Shown: one piece after another, positions 10,716 through 19,542 of the stretch
Layout: each line of letters starts with the position of its first letter
How positions within the stretch are numbered: the stretch's first letter is position 1
NCBI RefSeq assembly: GCF_003991155.1
Contig: NZ_CP031293.1
Source: Escherichia coli
GTDB taxonomy: Bacteria > Pseudomonadota > Gammaproteobacteria > Enterobacterales > Enterobacteriaceae
Length of the DNA: 64,000 nucleotides
Strand: one strand, 5' to 3'
The notes under the pieces: model-generated
Told to the model about the DNA's origin: nothing
The model's input: only the letters and a program-made list of their open reading frames with translations
The model's database searches: none
Translations under genes and position numbers: made by a program

Positions 10716-12505
10716 TCCCAGGACTCCTGACTTTCCGTGTTAATAATTTTGAGGCAGTGAAATGAGTTGATGCTGGCATAAAGGGCAAAGAAGTATGAGA
10801 GCACCGTCCCCAGGAAATAGATCTCCCCCTCACAGACAAAGGGTGCGGGGTTAATCCACAGCGTGGTGGAGAGACCGCGGACCGGTATGCCTTTAAACAG
10901 GCGATCGACGGGACGGGATTCCATTTTTTCGATGGCATCCAGCTTCTGGGAGGAAAGCCGGGCCTGCTGCGGGTGATGAATGCCTGGTAAATCAAAAGTA
11001 CGCAGTACCTGAACCAGTGCTTCCCTGTCCAGCAGCGAGAGGTAGTTCAGGTTCATGCTTGAAATCAGCGACCAGTGCATATCACCATCCGTCACCGGGT
11101 ATAACGGGCGGGTTGGCCGGGTGACATTGCTGAAGGAAGCCACTGCCGGGTTTTTATTCACGGCTTCACAGATATCACCCACATGCAGTGACGCGGGCAA
11201 CATCCGGTTGGTGCATACCAGCGAGGCCGTGAACACTTCTCCGTCCAGTAGGGCCTGCTCCGGCAGGCTGCCATCAGCATGGACAAAGGCAATGGAATGA
11301 TCCAGTCCCCGGTGAAACAGTGACGTTTTTGTGCGGTGATGCCAGTAAACGACTTCACGCTGACGGCTGTACTCGATCTGGTGCTGAAAACCCTCAAATT
11401 CAGGCCAAAGGCGATACTTTTCCCCTTTGCTGACCGTTGGAAGTTTGCTGGAAACAGATTTTATCTGAAAAATATCATAGAACTCTGGATACTGTTGGCT
11501 GGCCGTTAATGGGTACTGTGGCGCACTGTCATCGGGCCTCACGGGTTCAGAATGATGGACAAACAGGTTCACTGCTGGTGTGCAATATGGACGAAGTGAA
11601 GCCTTACGCAGCTTAACATCCACCGGAAGAGGCAGATTAAAGTGCAGTCGTAGTGTAAAAGCATGGAGCGGGAAGCCTTTCGGCAACGGTGCAGCCTCCC
11701 GCAGATGAAAGAAGAAAAAGCTCTCCGGATAACAGAAATACTCCTGAAGTACACGGTAGCCATTATGTACGTTTTTCGGCCACGGCAGCAGCGCATCCTC
11801 CCGCTCAAATCCCGCAGCCTCAAGCCACAGATCCGGCAGCGCCACACGGTGATCTCCGGCTACCAGTTCCGCATCCATCAGACGCTCACTAAACCACAGA
11901 TAGAGTTGATGGCGGGTATAATCATCCTCATTTCCCAGCCAGAAGGAGAGCTTATTCAGATCCAGTTCACCGGGAGAAACGTTTCCCTCAGTGAAAAAAT
12001 CTATCTCAATGACACCTTCTTTGAGGGTACTGGTATTCCGTACATCCCTTACCATCAGGGGTTGTAGCCAGATATCACGCGCCAGTGTGAAATAGCAGTT
12101 CGGCAGTGCGGCTTTGTTATCATCATCGGTTAACGCCCCCCGAGCATAAGTTCGCATACTGCTGCCTGTCTGCGTTTTTATCAGCTCGTCGCGGTGTACC
12201 TGGACGGATGATTTCAGTTCCTTACGGGGTTGGTATTCAATCACTGCCATTGCCGGAACCGGGCGTAAATAGTTAGGCCACAACATATTAATCAGGCTAT
12301 GCGTAAATTCCGGGAATTCATCCTCCAGCTTTTGTCGCAAACCGCCCGAGAGAAACGCAAACGCCTCCATCAGGCGTTCCACATCAGGATCACCTTCCTT
12401 TTCAGCCAGAAAGCGGGCCAGATAAGGTTTCTCCTGTGACAGCAGCTTGCCAAGCTGACGTAGATAATCAAGCTCTTCTCGATAGTAACGTTCTTCGAAG
12501 GCCAT
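10682..12505 (-). CDS. tssF: TssF baseplate protein
   Basis: ORF 10682..12577; probable start MAFEERYYREELDYLRQLG at 12505 right after tssE stop. Confidence 0.85.
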   Translation of the reverse strand: MAFEERYYREELDYLRQLGKLLSQEKPYLARFLAEKEGDPDVERLMEAFAFLSGGLRQKLEDEFPEFTHSLINMLWPNYLRPVPAMAVIEYQPRKELKSSVQVHRDELIKTQTGSSMRTYARGALTDDDNKAALPNCYFTLARDIWLQPLMVRDVRNTSTLKEGVIEIDFFTEGNVSPGELDLNKLSFWLGNEDDYTRHQLYLWFSERLMDAELVAGDHRVALPDLWLEAAGFEREDALLPWPKNVHNGYRVLQEYFCYPESFFFFHLREAAPLPKGFPLHAFTLRLHFNLPLPVDVKLRKASLRPYCTPAVNLFVHHSEPVRPDDSAPQYPLTASQQYPEFYDIFQIKSVSSKLPTVSKGEKYRLWPEFEGFQHQIEYSRQREVVYWHHRTKTSLFHRGLDHSIAFVHADGSLPEQALLDGEVFTASLVCTNRMLPASLHVGDICEAVNKNPAVASFSNVTRPTRPLYPVTDGDMHWSLISSMNLNYLSLLDREALVQVLRTFDLPGIHHPQQARLSSQKLDAIEKMESRPVDRLFKGIPVRGLSTTLWINPAPFVCEGEIYFLGTVLSYFFALYASINSFHCLKIINTESQESWEWQHTGQHALI

Positions 12506-12509
12506 CAGA

Positions 12510-12938
12510 TTACTCCACACACCAATGCTGGTGGTTATCCAGCAAAATATCAAATTCCAGAACATCCTGTCGGTCACTGAAATCTATGTACGCTACAATA
12601 TGAAAACCTAGCTCCAGTGGCGCGTGCATTTCCTCTTCGGCAGCACTAACCACCACATCAGAAATGCGGGGTTCGTAACGCAGAATGCTATTTTTAATAG
12701 CCAGAATCATCCAGTCCCGGATGTTCATGGAGTCAGGGGAGCCATCATTAAAATCTACAATCCCAAGCTCCGGAGAACCGTGGCAACTACCAGAACGGGT
12801 GTTGAGTATATTGCGCAGGTTATTGCGAACAGAATGCAACAACGCCACCTTTGGACGTTGACGCGAAGAGGGATTTACCGCCTCACCAATACGCTCAAAC
12901 AAACTTCCTCCCGACTCCCGTTCCGTTACCATGCTCAC
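12510..12938 (-). CDS. tssE: TssE (gp25-like) baseplate protein
   Basis: 142 aa; ATGA overlap with tssC stop; gp25-like size and position. Confidence 0.8.
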   Translation of the reverse strand: MSMVTERESGGSLFERIGEAVNPSSRQRPKVALLHSVRNNLRNILNTRSGSCHGSPELGIVDFNDGSPDSMNIRDWMILAIKNSILRYEPRISDVVVSAAEEEMHAPLELGFHIVAYIDFSDRQDVLEFDILLDNHQHWCVE

Positions 12939-14419
12939 TCCTTGTCCAGACGTCCGACCAGGGATAATTCAAATGAAGCCCCCATGTATTTGAAGTGCGG
13001 ACGTACTGCGATATTGACCTGATACCAGCCCGGTTCACCTTCAACATCAGCAACTTCAATTTTTGCCTGGCGTAATGGCTTGCGGCTGCGAACTTCTGAA
13101 GGCGGGTTTTCCTGGTCAGCCACATACTGACGAATCCAGGTGTTTAACTCGCGTTCAAGATCTCCACGCTCTTTCCATGAACCCAACTGTTCACGCTGAA
13201 GCACTTTAATGTAATGCGCCAGCCTGTTGATAATGAACAGATAAGGAAGCTGAGTGCCCAGTTTGTAGTTAGTCTCGGCTTCTTTTCCTTCCGGCGTATT
13301 GGGGAATACTTTCGGCTTCTGTACTGAATTGGCGGAGAAAAATGCTGCATTGTCAGAGCCTTTACGCATAGTCAGAGTGATGAAACCCTGCTCTGCCAGC
13401 TCATACTCCCGTCTGTCGGTAATGAGAATTTCCGTCGGGACTTTAGCCTGAAGCTGGCCCATAGCCTCATATAAATGCACGGGCAAATCTTTTACAGCAC
13501 CACCACTTTGTGGACCGACAATATTCGGGCACCAGCGCGTTGACATGAAACTCTCAGCCATGTTTGCTGCCAGCAGAAACGCGGTGTTACCCCACAAATA
13601 GTGTTCGTGGTTTTTGCTGACATTTTCATGATAATTAAAGCTTTTCACCGGATTCTCATCAGGCGCATAAGGGTGACGCAACAGGAAACGCGGTGCTGTC
13701 AGACCGAGATTTCGGGAGTCTTCTGACTCACGCAGTGAACGCCATTTGGTGTAAGCCGGGCCTTCGAAAATGGCGGCAACATCCTTGATACCAGGAAGTT
13801 CGGTAAACGAATCCAGGCCAAAGAAATCAGGGGAAACGGAAGACAGGAACGGGCAGTGAGCCATCGCGCTGACTGCGCTGATATATTTCAGCAGCTTCAT
13901 ATCGGCGGCGGTATTATCGAAAGCGTAATTACCAATAACAGCGGCAACTGGCTCCCCACCAAACTGGCCGAAACCACTGGAATAAACATGCCGGTAGTAT
14001 CCTGACTGGGTAATTTCCGGAGCAAATTCAAAATCATCCAGCAGTTCTTCTTTGGTAGCATGCATCAGATGAATTTTGATGTTTTCGCGCGGATCGGCAT
14101 GGTCAACCAGCAGTTTCAGTGAACGCAGGAACGATTCCAGCTCCTGAAACTCCGGGGCATGGAGAATCAAATCCATTTGACGCCCCATGCGCTCATCGAT
14201 GTCAGCAATCATGCCATTGACGGCAAGAATATCGACGGACTCCGCCTCTTCATCACTTTGTAACAGCGCAGTGATAAAAGCAGTCACGCCCTGACGGGCA
14301 ATATCGTAGCTTTCTGATTCCGGTTTAAAACGAGTCTGCGCCATGATTTCATCCAGCAGGGTGGGCGCGGAGACCGGTGCAGCGGAAGCAGATACTTCCG
14401 GTAAGGTAGTTTCTGACAT
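12935..14419 (-). CDS. tssC: TssC/VipB contractile sheath large subunit
   Basis: ORF 12935..14470; probable start MSETTLPEV at 14419 with AAGGA RBS; ~494 aa. Confidence 0.9.
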   Translation of the reverse strand: MSETTLPEVSASAAPVSAPTLLDEIMAQTRFKPESESYDIARQGVTAFITALLQSDEEAESVDILAVNGMIADIDERMGRQMDLILHAPEFQELESFLRSLKLLVDHADPRENIKIHLMHATKEELLDDFEFAPEITQSGYYRHVYSSGFGQFGGEPVAAVIGNYAFDNTAADMKLLKYISAVSAMAHCPFLSSVSPDFFGLDSFTELPGIKDVAAIFEGPAYTKWRSLRESEDSRNLGLTAPRFLLRHPYAPDENPVKSFNYHENVSKNHEHYLWGNTAFLLAANMAESFMSTRWCPNIVGPQSGGAVKDLPVHLYEAMGQLQAKVPTEILITDRREYELAEQGFITLTMRKGSDNAAFFSANSVQKPKVFPNTPEGKEAETNYKLGTQLPYLFIINRLAHYIKVLQREQLGSWKERGDLERELNTWIRQYVADQENPPSEVRSRKPLRQAKIEVADVEGEPGWYQVNIAVRPHFKYMGASFELSLVGRLDKE

Positions 14420-14438
14420 ACTGAAGTCCTTGTACAAG

Positions 14439-14945
14439 TTATTTCCGGCCTGCGAGGCCCAGCTCTGCAATCAGTTGCTCACGGCTCTTTTCGTCATCAA
14501 GCAATGCCTGAAGTTGTGCACGGAACGCAGGGATATTGCCCATTGGCCCCCGAAGCGCCACCAATGCTTCGCGTAGTTCCAGCATTTTGCGCATCTCCGG
14601 CACCTGGGAGGCAATGTTGTCCGGAGAAAGATCGGCCAGCGAGCTGATTTTCAGATTTACGCTCATGCGCGTATCAGGCGTTTCGCTGAGAGCAGACGGA
14701 ACGGTGAAATCACGACCAATCCCTGCCTGATCCAGCACTGCGTTAAAGTTGTTGCGGTTGATGGCAACGGGCTGGCGCTCATCCAGTGGCGTGTTATCTG
14801 CATCACCTGTCAAATTGCCAGTAACCAACAGATTTAGCGGTAATTCCACTTCTGCTGTCTGATTCCCCGTTTTTGGCTTAAATTTAATATTTACTCTTTC
14901 TTTTGGGGCAATACTGCCACCACCGTCATTTCTTCTGCTGCTCAT
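14439..14945 (-). CDS. tssB: TssB/VipA sheath small subunit
   Basis: ORF 14439..15026; probable start MSSRRNDGGGS at 14945 (168 aa). Confidence 0.8.
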   Translation of the reverse strand: MSSRRNDGGGSIAPKERVNIKFKPKTGNQTAEVELPLNLLVTGNLTGDADNTPLDERQPVAINRNNFNAVLDQAGIGRDFTVPSALSETPDTRMSVNLKISSLADLSPDNIASQVPEMRKMLELREALVALRGPMGNIPAFRAQLQALLDDEKSREQLIAELGLAGRK

Positions 14946-15232
14946 AAGAATAATCCATAAGGTTATCATCCAGGCCATGAGCGCAGCATGTTCTGCATTT
15001 AAAAAATACAGCAAATACCAGCCCAATGGCAGTAAAAAAATAAAATTCTACACATTCATAGCGTCACATTCTACGCGCAGAAAAGCATTTGAAAAGAAAA
15101 TTTTCAAGGGGTATCCTTCCACGAAACAATAGGAACAACAAAAGACAAAGAAGCCTGAAACCATGCATGCCAAGCACGCAATGCCCAATAGTGAATTATG
15201 TAACTCATTGATTTTAGATCTTTGATCAAGAA

Positions 15233-15312
15233 ACATAAGGATTTCTTATGACTTACAGAATATATATAAATTCCGTGATTATAATTTGAAATAAAATAAG
15301 GATATCCTTATT
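15233..15312. promoter_or_regulatory. Divergent tssB/hcp promoter region with two ATAAGGAT-centred palindromes
   Basis: CATAAGGATTTCTTATG (15233..15249) and perfect 18-bp palindrome AATAAGGATATCCTTATT (15295..15312) in an AT-rich ~570 bp intergenic region. Confidence 0.35.
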
Positions 15313-15627
15313 TTTATCAAAGTGACAATTAAGAACAACAGAATATAATATATATTCATGATAAAGCCATGCCTTTTATAGATGGTGATTGAAAAACATT
15401 TACCAACCACTAGCGATCATCCACTCGTTGATTAAAGTTTAACTAAACAGAAAGTTTAAAATTTGTAAAAACAATTATTACGACAAGCGTTAATTCGCAT
15501 TGTCTGTAAATCAAGCACAGAGAAATGGTGTGGTTCTAGGCATGGACCGTATCGTTATCTGCCTGCCAGGGATTAATGGCAGGTCATCAGCAAGTTGTTG
15601 TTAAGAACATTCACAAGGAGTTTACAA

Positions 15628-16146
15628 ATGCCAACACCGTGTTATATCTCAATTACTGGTCAGACCCAGGGAAACATCACCGCAGGTGCATTTACTGCTG
15701 ATTCCGTCGGCAATATCTACGTGCAGGGCCATGAAGATGAAATGCTGGTGCAGGAATTCCTGCATAACGTCACCGTCCCGACGGACCCACAATCTGGCCA
15801 GCCAGCCGGACAGCGCGCTCACAAGCCATTTATCTTCACTGTGGCGCTGAACAAAGCAGTCCCCCTGCTGTACAACGCGCTGGCCTCCGGTGAAATGCTG
15901 CCTACCACTGAACTGCACTGGTGGCGTACCTCTGTGGAAGGCAAACAGGAACATTACTTCACTACCCGCCTGACAGACTCGACAATTGTTGATATGAAGT
16001 TGCATATGCCGCACTGCCAGGACCCGGCAAAACGCGAGTTCACCCAGTTACTCGAAGTTTCGCTGGCCTACCGCAAAATCGAGTGGGAACACGTTAAGTC
16101 AGGCACTTCTGGCGCTGACGACTGGCGTGCACCGCTGGAAGCATAA
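15628..16146 (+). CDS. hcp: Hcp (TssD) T6SS tube protein
   Basis: Start MPTPCYISITGQTQG at 15628 with AAGGAG RBS; 172 aa. Confidence 0.9.
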   Translation: MPTPCYISITGQTQGNITAGAFTADSVGNIYVQGHEDEMLVQEFLHNVTVPTDPQSGQPAGQRAHKPFIFTVALNKAVPLLYNALASGEMLPTTELHWWRTSVEGKQEHYFTTRLTDSTIVDMKLHMPHCQDPAKREFTQLLEVSLAYRKIEWEHVKSGTSGADDWRAPLEA

Positions 16147-16156
16147 GTTAAGACAA

Positions 16157-16190
16157 CAGCATCCGACCGTCTGGCCGGGTGCTGTTTTTG
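16157..16190 (+). terminator. Rho-independent terminator after hcp
   Basis: GC-rich hairpin (CAGCATCCG ... CGGGTGCTG) followed by TTTTTG. Confidence 0.5.
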
Positions 16191-16359
16191 TATTACACCG
16201 CAGGAAAAAAGGTTGTCAGTAAGGGGTTACGTTTTTACGGGAGATGGCGGATGCCGGATACTTCGGCGGTAGCGTGCCTGAAATCCAGCGTAACACTGTA
16301 CTGTCACAGCAACTGAACTGTGGAGTGTGTGTTTTCCTGTAAGCATCAGGGAGGTCTAA

Positions 16360-18348
16360 ATGTCATTAAAAGGATTGCGTTTTACGCTGAAAGTGGACGG
16401 CCAAAATGCGGACACCTTCGCCGTGGTAAATTTCTGGCTGATGCAGAATTTCTCGTTTCCATTTGTTATGGATGTAGATGTCGCCAGCAAGGAGTTTGGT
16501 ATTCAAGCAAATAGCTTGCTGGAAAAAAAAGCCACGCTGATCATCTGGCAGGGCCCCAAGGCGCTGCGTTATGTATCGGGTGTAATTGCCAGTTTCGGAA
16601 TGAAAGAAAACAATAACTGGCAGATGCAGTACCGCCTTCGTATCCAGCCACCTCTGTGGCGTAGCGGCCTACGCCAGAATTTCCGTATTTTTCAACAGCA
16701 AGATATTGCAACTATTTCAGCCACCTTACTGGATGAGAATGGTGTAACAGACTGGGAGCCATCCTTAAACAGTGAGCACCCTACTCGCGAGTTCTGCGTA
16801 CAGTATGGCGAAACGGACCTGGCATTTCTGTCACGGCTATGGGCAGAAGAAGGCATTTATTTTTATGATAAGTTAGCCCCGAACGGCCCGGATCAGAAAC
16901 TGACATTATGTGATGATGCAGCAGGTTTGTCGCCAATAGGAACCATTACCTTCAACCCAAATACCCGAACTGAAGCCGACAAGGAGTGCATCAATGCGTT
17001 TCATTACGAAGCTAATGTTCGTCCTTCATCAATACTGAGCAAAGACTACACCTTTAAAACCCCCGGCTGGGAAGGCAAATATATCCGACAGGGCGAGAAT
17101 CTGAACAACCAGTTTGAACAGTATGAAATCTATGACTACCCAGGACGTTTCAAGGATGAACAGCACGGGCAGGATTTTACCCGTTATCAGATGGATGGGT
17201 TGCGTAATGATGCGGAATTAGGCAGCGGTAGCAGCAATTCGCCGAGGCTATGGCCAGGAACCCGTTTCAAACTGGAGAACCATCCACAGAAAACCCTGAA
17301 CCGGGAATGGCAAGTGATCGGTAGCACACTAACGGGCGAACAGCCGCAGGCATTACATGGTAGCCAGGGTTACGGAACCTCGATGCATAACCAGTTTACT
17401 GTTATCCCGGCAGACCGTACCTGGCGTCCACAGCCAATGATGAAGCCAAAGGTAGATGGTCCACAAAGTGCCATTGTCACCGGTCCGGCTGGCGAGGAAA
17501 TTTTCTGCGATGAACATGGCCGGGTACGGGTGAAGTTTCACTGGGACAGAACCAAAACCAAAGATGAGAATAACTCCTGTTGGGTACGAGTGTCACAAGC
17601 CTGGGCTGGAGCCGGATTCGGCAACCTTGCCATTCCGCGTATAGACCAGGAAGTGATTGTCGATTTTCTTAACGGCGATCCCGACCAGCCCATCATCATG
17701 GGACGTACTTATCACCAGGATAACCGCTCTCCCGGTGGTCTGCCTGGCACCAAAACGCAGATGACTATCCGTTCAAAAACCTACAAAGGTGAGGGTTTTA
17801 ACGAACTACGTTTTGAGGATGCGACCAGTAACGAACAGCTTTATATGCACGCCCAGAAGGACATGGTGACAGAGGTACTGCATGACCGGACGACAACAGT
17901 GGATCACGACCATACCGAAACAGTGAAGAATAACCAGACGGTCACAGTAGTTGTTGGTCAGACGGTCAATGTGGGCAGTAAAAAAGAAGGCGGACACGAC
18001 CAGAAAGTGACGGTTGCCCACGACCAGACAGTCACGGTTCAGAACAACCAGACGCTGAATGTCACAGAAAAGCGTGAAAAAAATGTGGGTGGAGACCAGA
18101 AGGTCACTATCACTGGCGGCGATGATGAAACTGTCATGAAGTCGCAAAAGGTAACAGTAAAAGAAAACTATACGCTTGATGTCACCAAAGAAACGAAGAT
18201 TATTTCCGGCGAGTCGATTGAGCTTATCTGTGGCTCCTGCTCCCTGAAAATGGAAAAAGGTGGCAAGGTAACAATCTCCGGCTCAGAGTTTGATTTTACT
18301 GCTGGTGGCCTTGTGCATATCAACGGTAAAGACGTATTTATCAACTGA
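16360..18348 (+). CDS. vgrG: VgrG (TssI) spike protein, no C-terminal extension
   Basis: 662 aa; gp27/gp5-like; C-terminal beta-helical repeats (VTVAHDQTVTVQNNQTLNVTEKREKNVGGDQKVTITGGDDETV). Confidence 0.9.
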   Translation: MSLKGLRFTLKVDGQNADTFAVVNFWLMQNFSFPFVMDVDVASKEFGIQANSLLEKKATLIIWQGPKALRYVSGVIASFGMKENNNWQMQYRLRIQPPLWRSGLRQNFRIFQQQDIATISATLLDENGVTDWEPSLNSEHPTREFCVQYGETDLAFLSRLWAEEGIYFYDKLAPNGPDQKLTLCDDAAGLSPIGTITFNPNTRTEADKECINAFHYEANVRPSSILSKDYTFKTPGWEGKYIRQGENLNNQFEQYEIYDYPGRFKDEQHGQDFTRYQMDGLRNDAELGSGSSNSPRLWPGTRFKLENHPQKTLNREWQVIGSTLTGEQPQALHGSQGYGTSMHNQFTVIPADRTWRPQPMMKPKVDGPQSAIVTGPAGEEIFCDEHGRVRVKFHWDRTKTKDENNSCWVRVSQAWAGAGFGNLAIPRIDQEVIVDFLNGDPDQPIIMGRTYHQDNRSPGGLPGTKTQMTIRSKTYKGEGFNELRFEDATSNEQLYMHAQKDMVTEVLHDRTTTVDHDHTETVKNNQTVTVVVGQTVNVGSKKEGGHDQKVTVAHDQTVTVQNNQTLNVTEKREKNVGGDQKVTITGGDDETVMKSQKVTVKENYTLDVTKETKIISGESIELICGSCSLKMEKGGKVTISGSEFDFTAGGLVHINGKDVFIN

Positions 18349-18358
18349 GGCGTGAAAA

Positions 18359-19540
18359 ATGGAATTTCGTAATCTTACGCCGTTTTCAGTAATGCAATAT
18401 GCAATGGACGACAAACACAACGAGCGTCATTGTGTGGTCGCCATGAAAACCGGCTTCCGGCTGAAGCAGGACGAGAATGGTCAGTGGCAGGCACAACTGA
18501 TGGAAAACCCGCCATTGCCGCTCTGTGTGGAGGATGAGTATGCCGGGGAGATGAACACCTCTCCGGTACTGCGTGAAAGTGACCTTGCTCCTCTGAAACC
18601 CGCCTGTGACATCATCATCAACGGAACAGCTTATACGCCGGGAGGCGCTGCCGTGCCAGAAATGACGGCAGGCGTTCTTATGCTCTCATCGACAGGTGAG
18701 GTGCTGACAGACAAAAAACTGCGGATAACAGGCCAGCGTTTCTACAGGTACCAGCCGTTAATCCGCCAGTGGTATGAAACTGAACCGGAACCCTTCACCT
18801 CCCTGCCGCTTGACTACCGTTACGCTTTCGGCGGCGAATGCCGCGTGGAGGCAGGCAGCGAATATGCCAGCCGCGTCCCCGAAGAATATCGCCTGACCGA
18901 AGACCAGCGTCGGGAACACCCAAACCAGGAGAATCCACCACTGGCGCATATGGCCTGTCCGGTCAATCCACTCGGATTAGGCTATATGCAGCAGTGGTAT
19001 CTGCGGGCCTGTCAGGTTCAGCAGGTTGAAGCGCCCCGCATCATCGCCGTGGACAGCCCATTCACACTCAAACAGTTCACAGACTGTCTCGAAGGGAAAG
19101 CAGACTGGTTTGCCCCCGAATTTCAGCCAGCCGGTTTTGGCTGTATCGGGCGCGCCTGGCTGCCACGGTTATCTCTTGCTGGCACCTATGACCAGGAGTG
19201 GCTGGAAACACAACACCCCGACCTGCCGGATGATTTTGATTTTAACTACTGGAACTGCGCCCCGGATGACCAGCGCATCCCTTTTCCTCTGCCAGGACTG
19301 GGATTTGTACTGACGGGTTTTCGCCCGGAGGGCGATATCCGGTTCACCCTGCCCGCACATGAAGGACGCCTTCTGTTGCGCGCCATGAGCGGGCATCGAA
19401 TGCCATTACCCATGTTGCTGGATACGGTGGAAATCAATACTGACACCCTGACCGTGGCGCTGACCTGGCGCTTTCTGCTGCCCAACAGCACACCACCGGT
19501 GCGGGTACTGGAAGCCCGCTACAGAACAAGGAGCGCCTAA
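18359..19540 (+). CDS. DUF2169-family adaptor protein
   Basis: 393 aa between vgrG and PAAR-Rhs, the typical position for this adaptor family. Confidence 0.65.
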   Translation: MEFRNLTPFSVMQYAMDDKHNERHCVVAMKTGFRLKQDENGQWQAQLMENPPLPLCVEDEYAGEMNTSPVLRESDLAPLKPACDIIINGTAYTPGGAAVPEMTAGVLMLSSTGEVLTDKKLRITGQRFYRYQPLIRQWYETEPEPFTSLPLDYRYAFGGECRVEAGSEYASRVPEEYRLTEDQRREHPNQENPPLAHMACPVNPLGLGYMQQWYLRACQVQQVEAPRIIAVDSPFTLKQFTDCLEGKADWFAPEFQPAGFGCIGRAWLPRLSLAGTYDQEWLETQHPDLPDDFDFNYWNCAPDDQRIPFPLPGLGFVLTGFRPEGDIRFTLPAHEGRLLLRAMSGHRMPLPMLLDTVEINTDTLTVALTWRFLLPNSTPPVRVLEARYRTRSA

Positions 19541-19542
19541 GG

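Noticed and set aside
10687-10995. 102-aa minus-strand ORF at the tssF/tssG junction
   Set aside because: Alternative frame overlapping the tssF 3' end and tssG 5' end; Pro/Arg-rich
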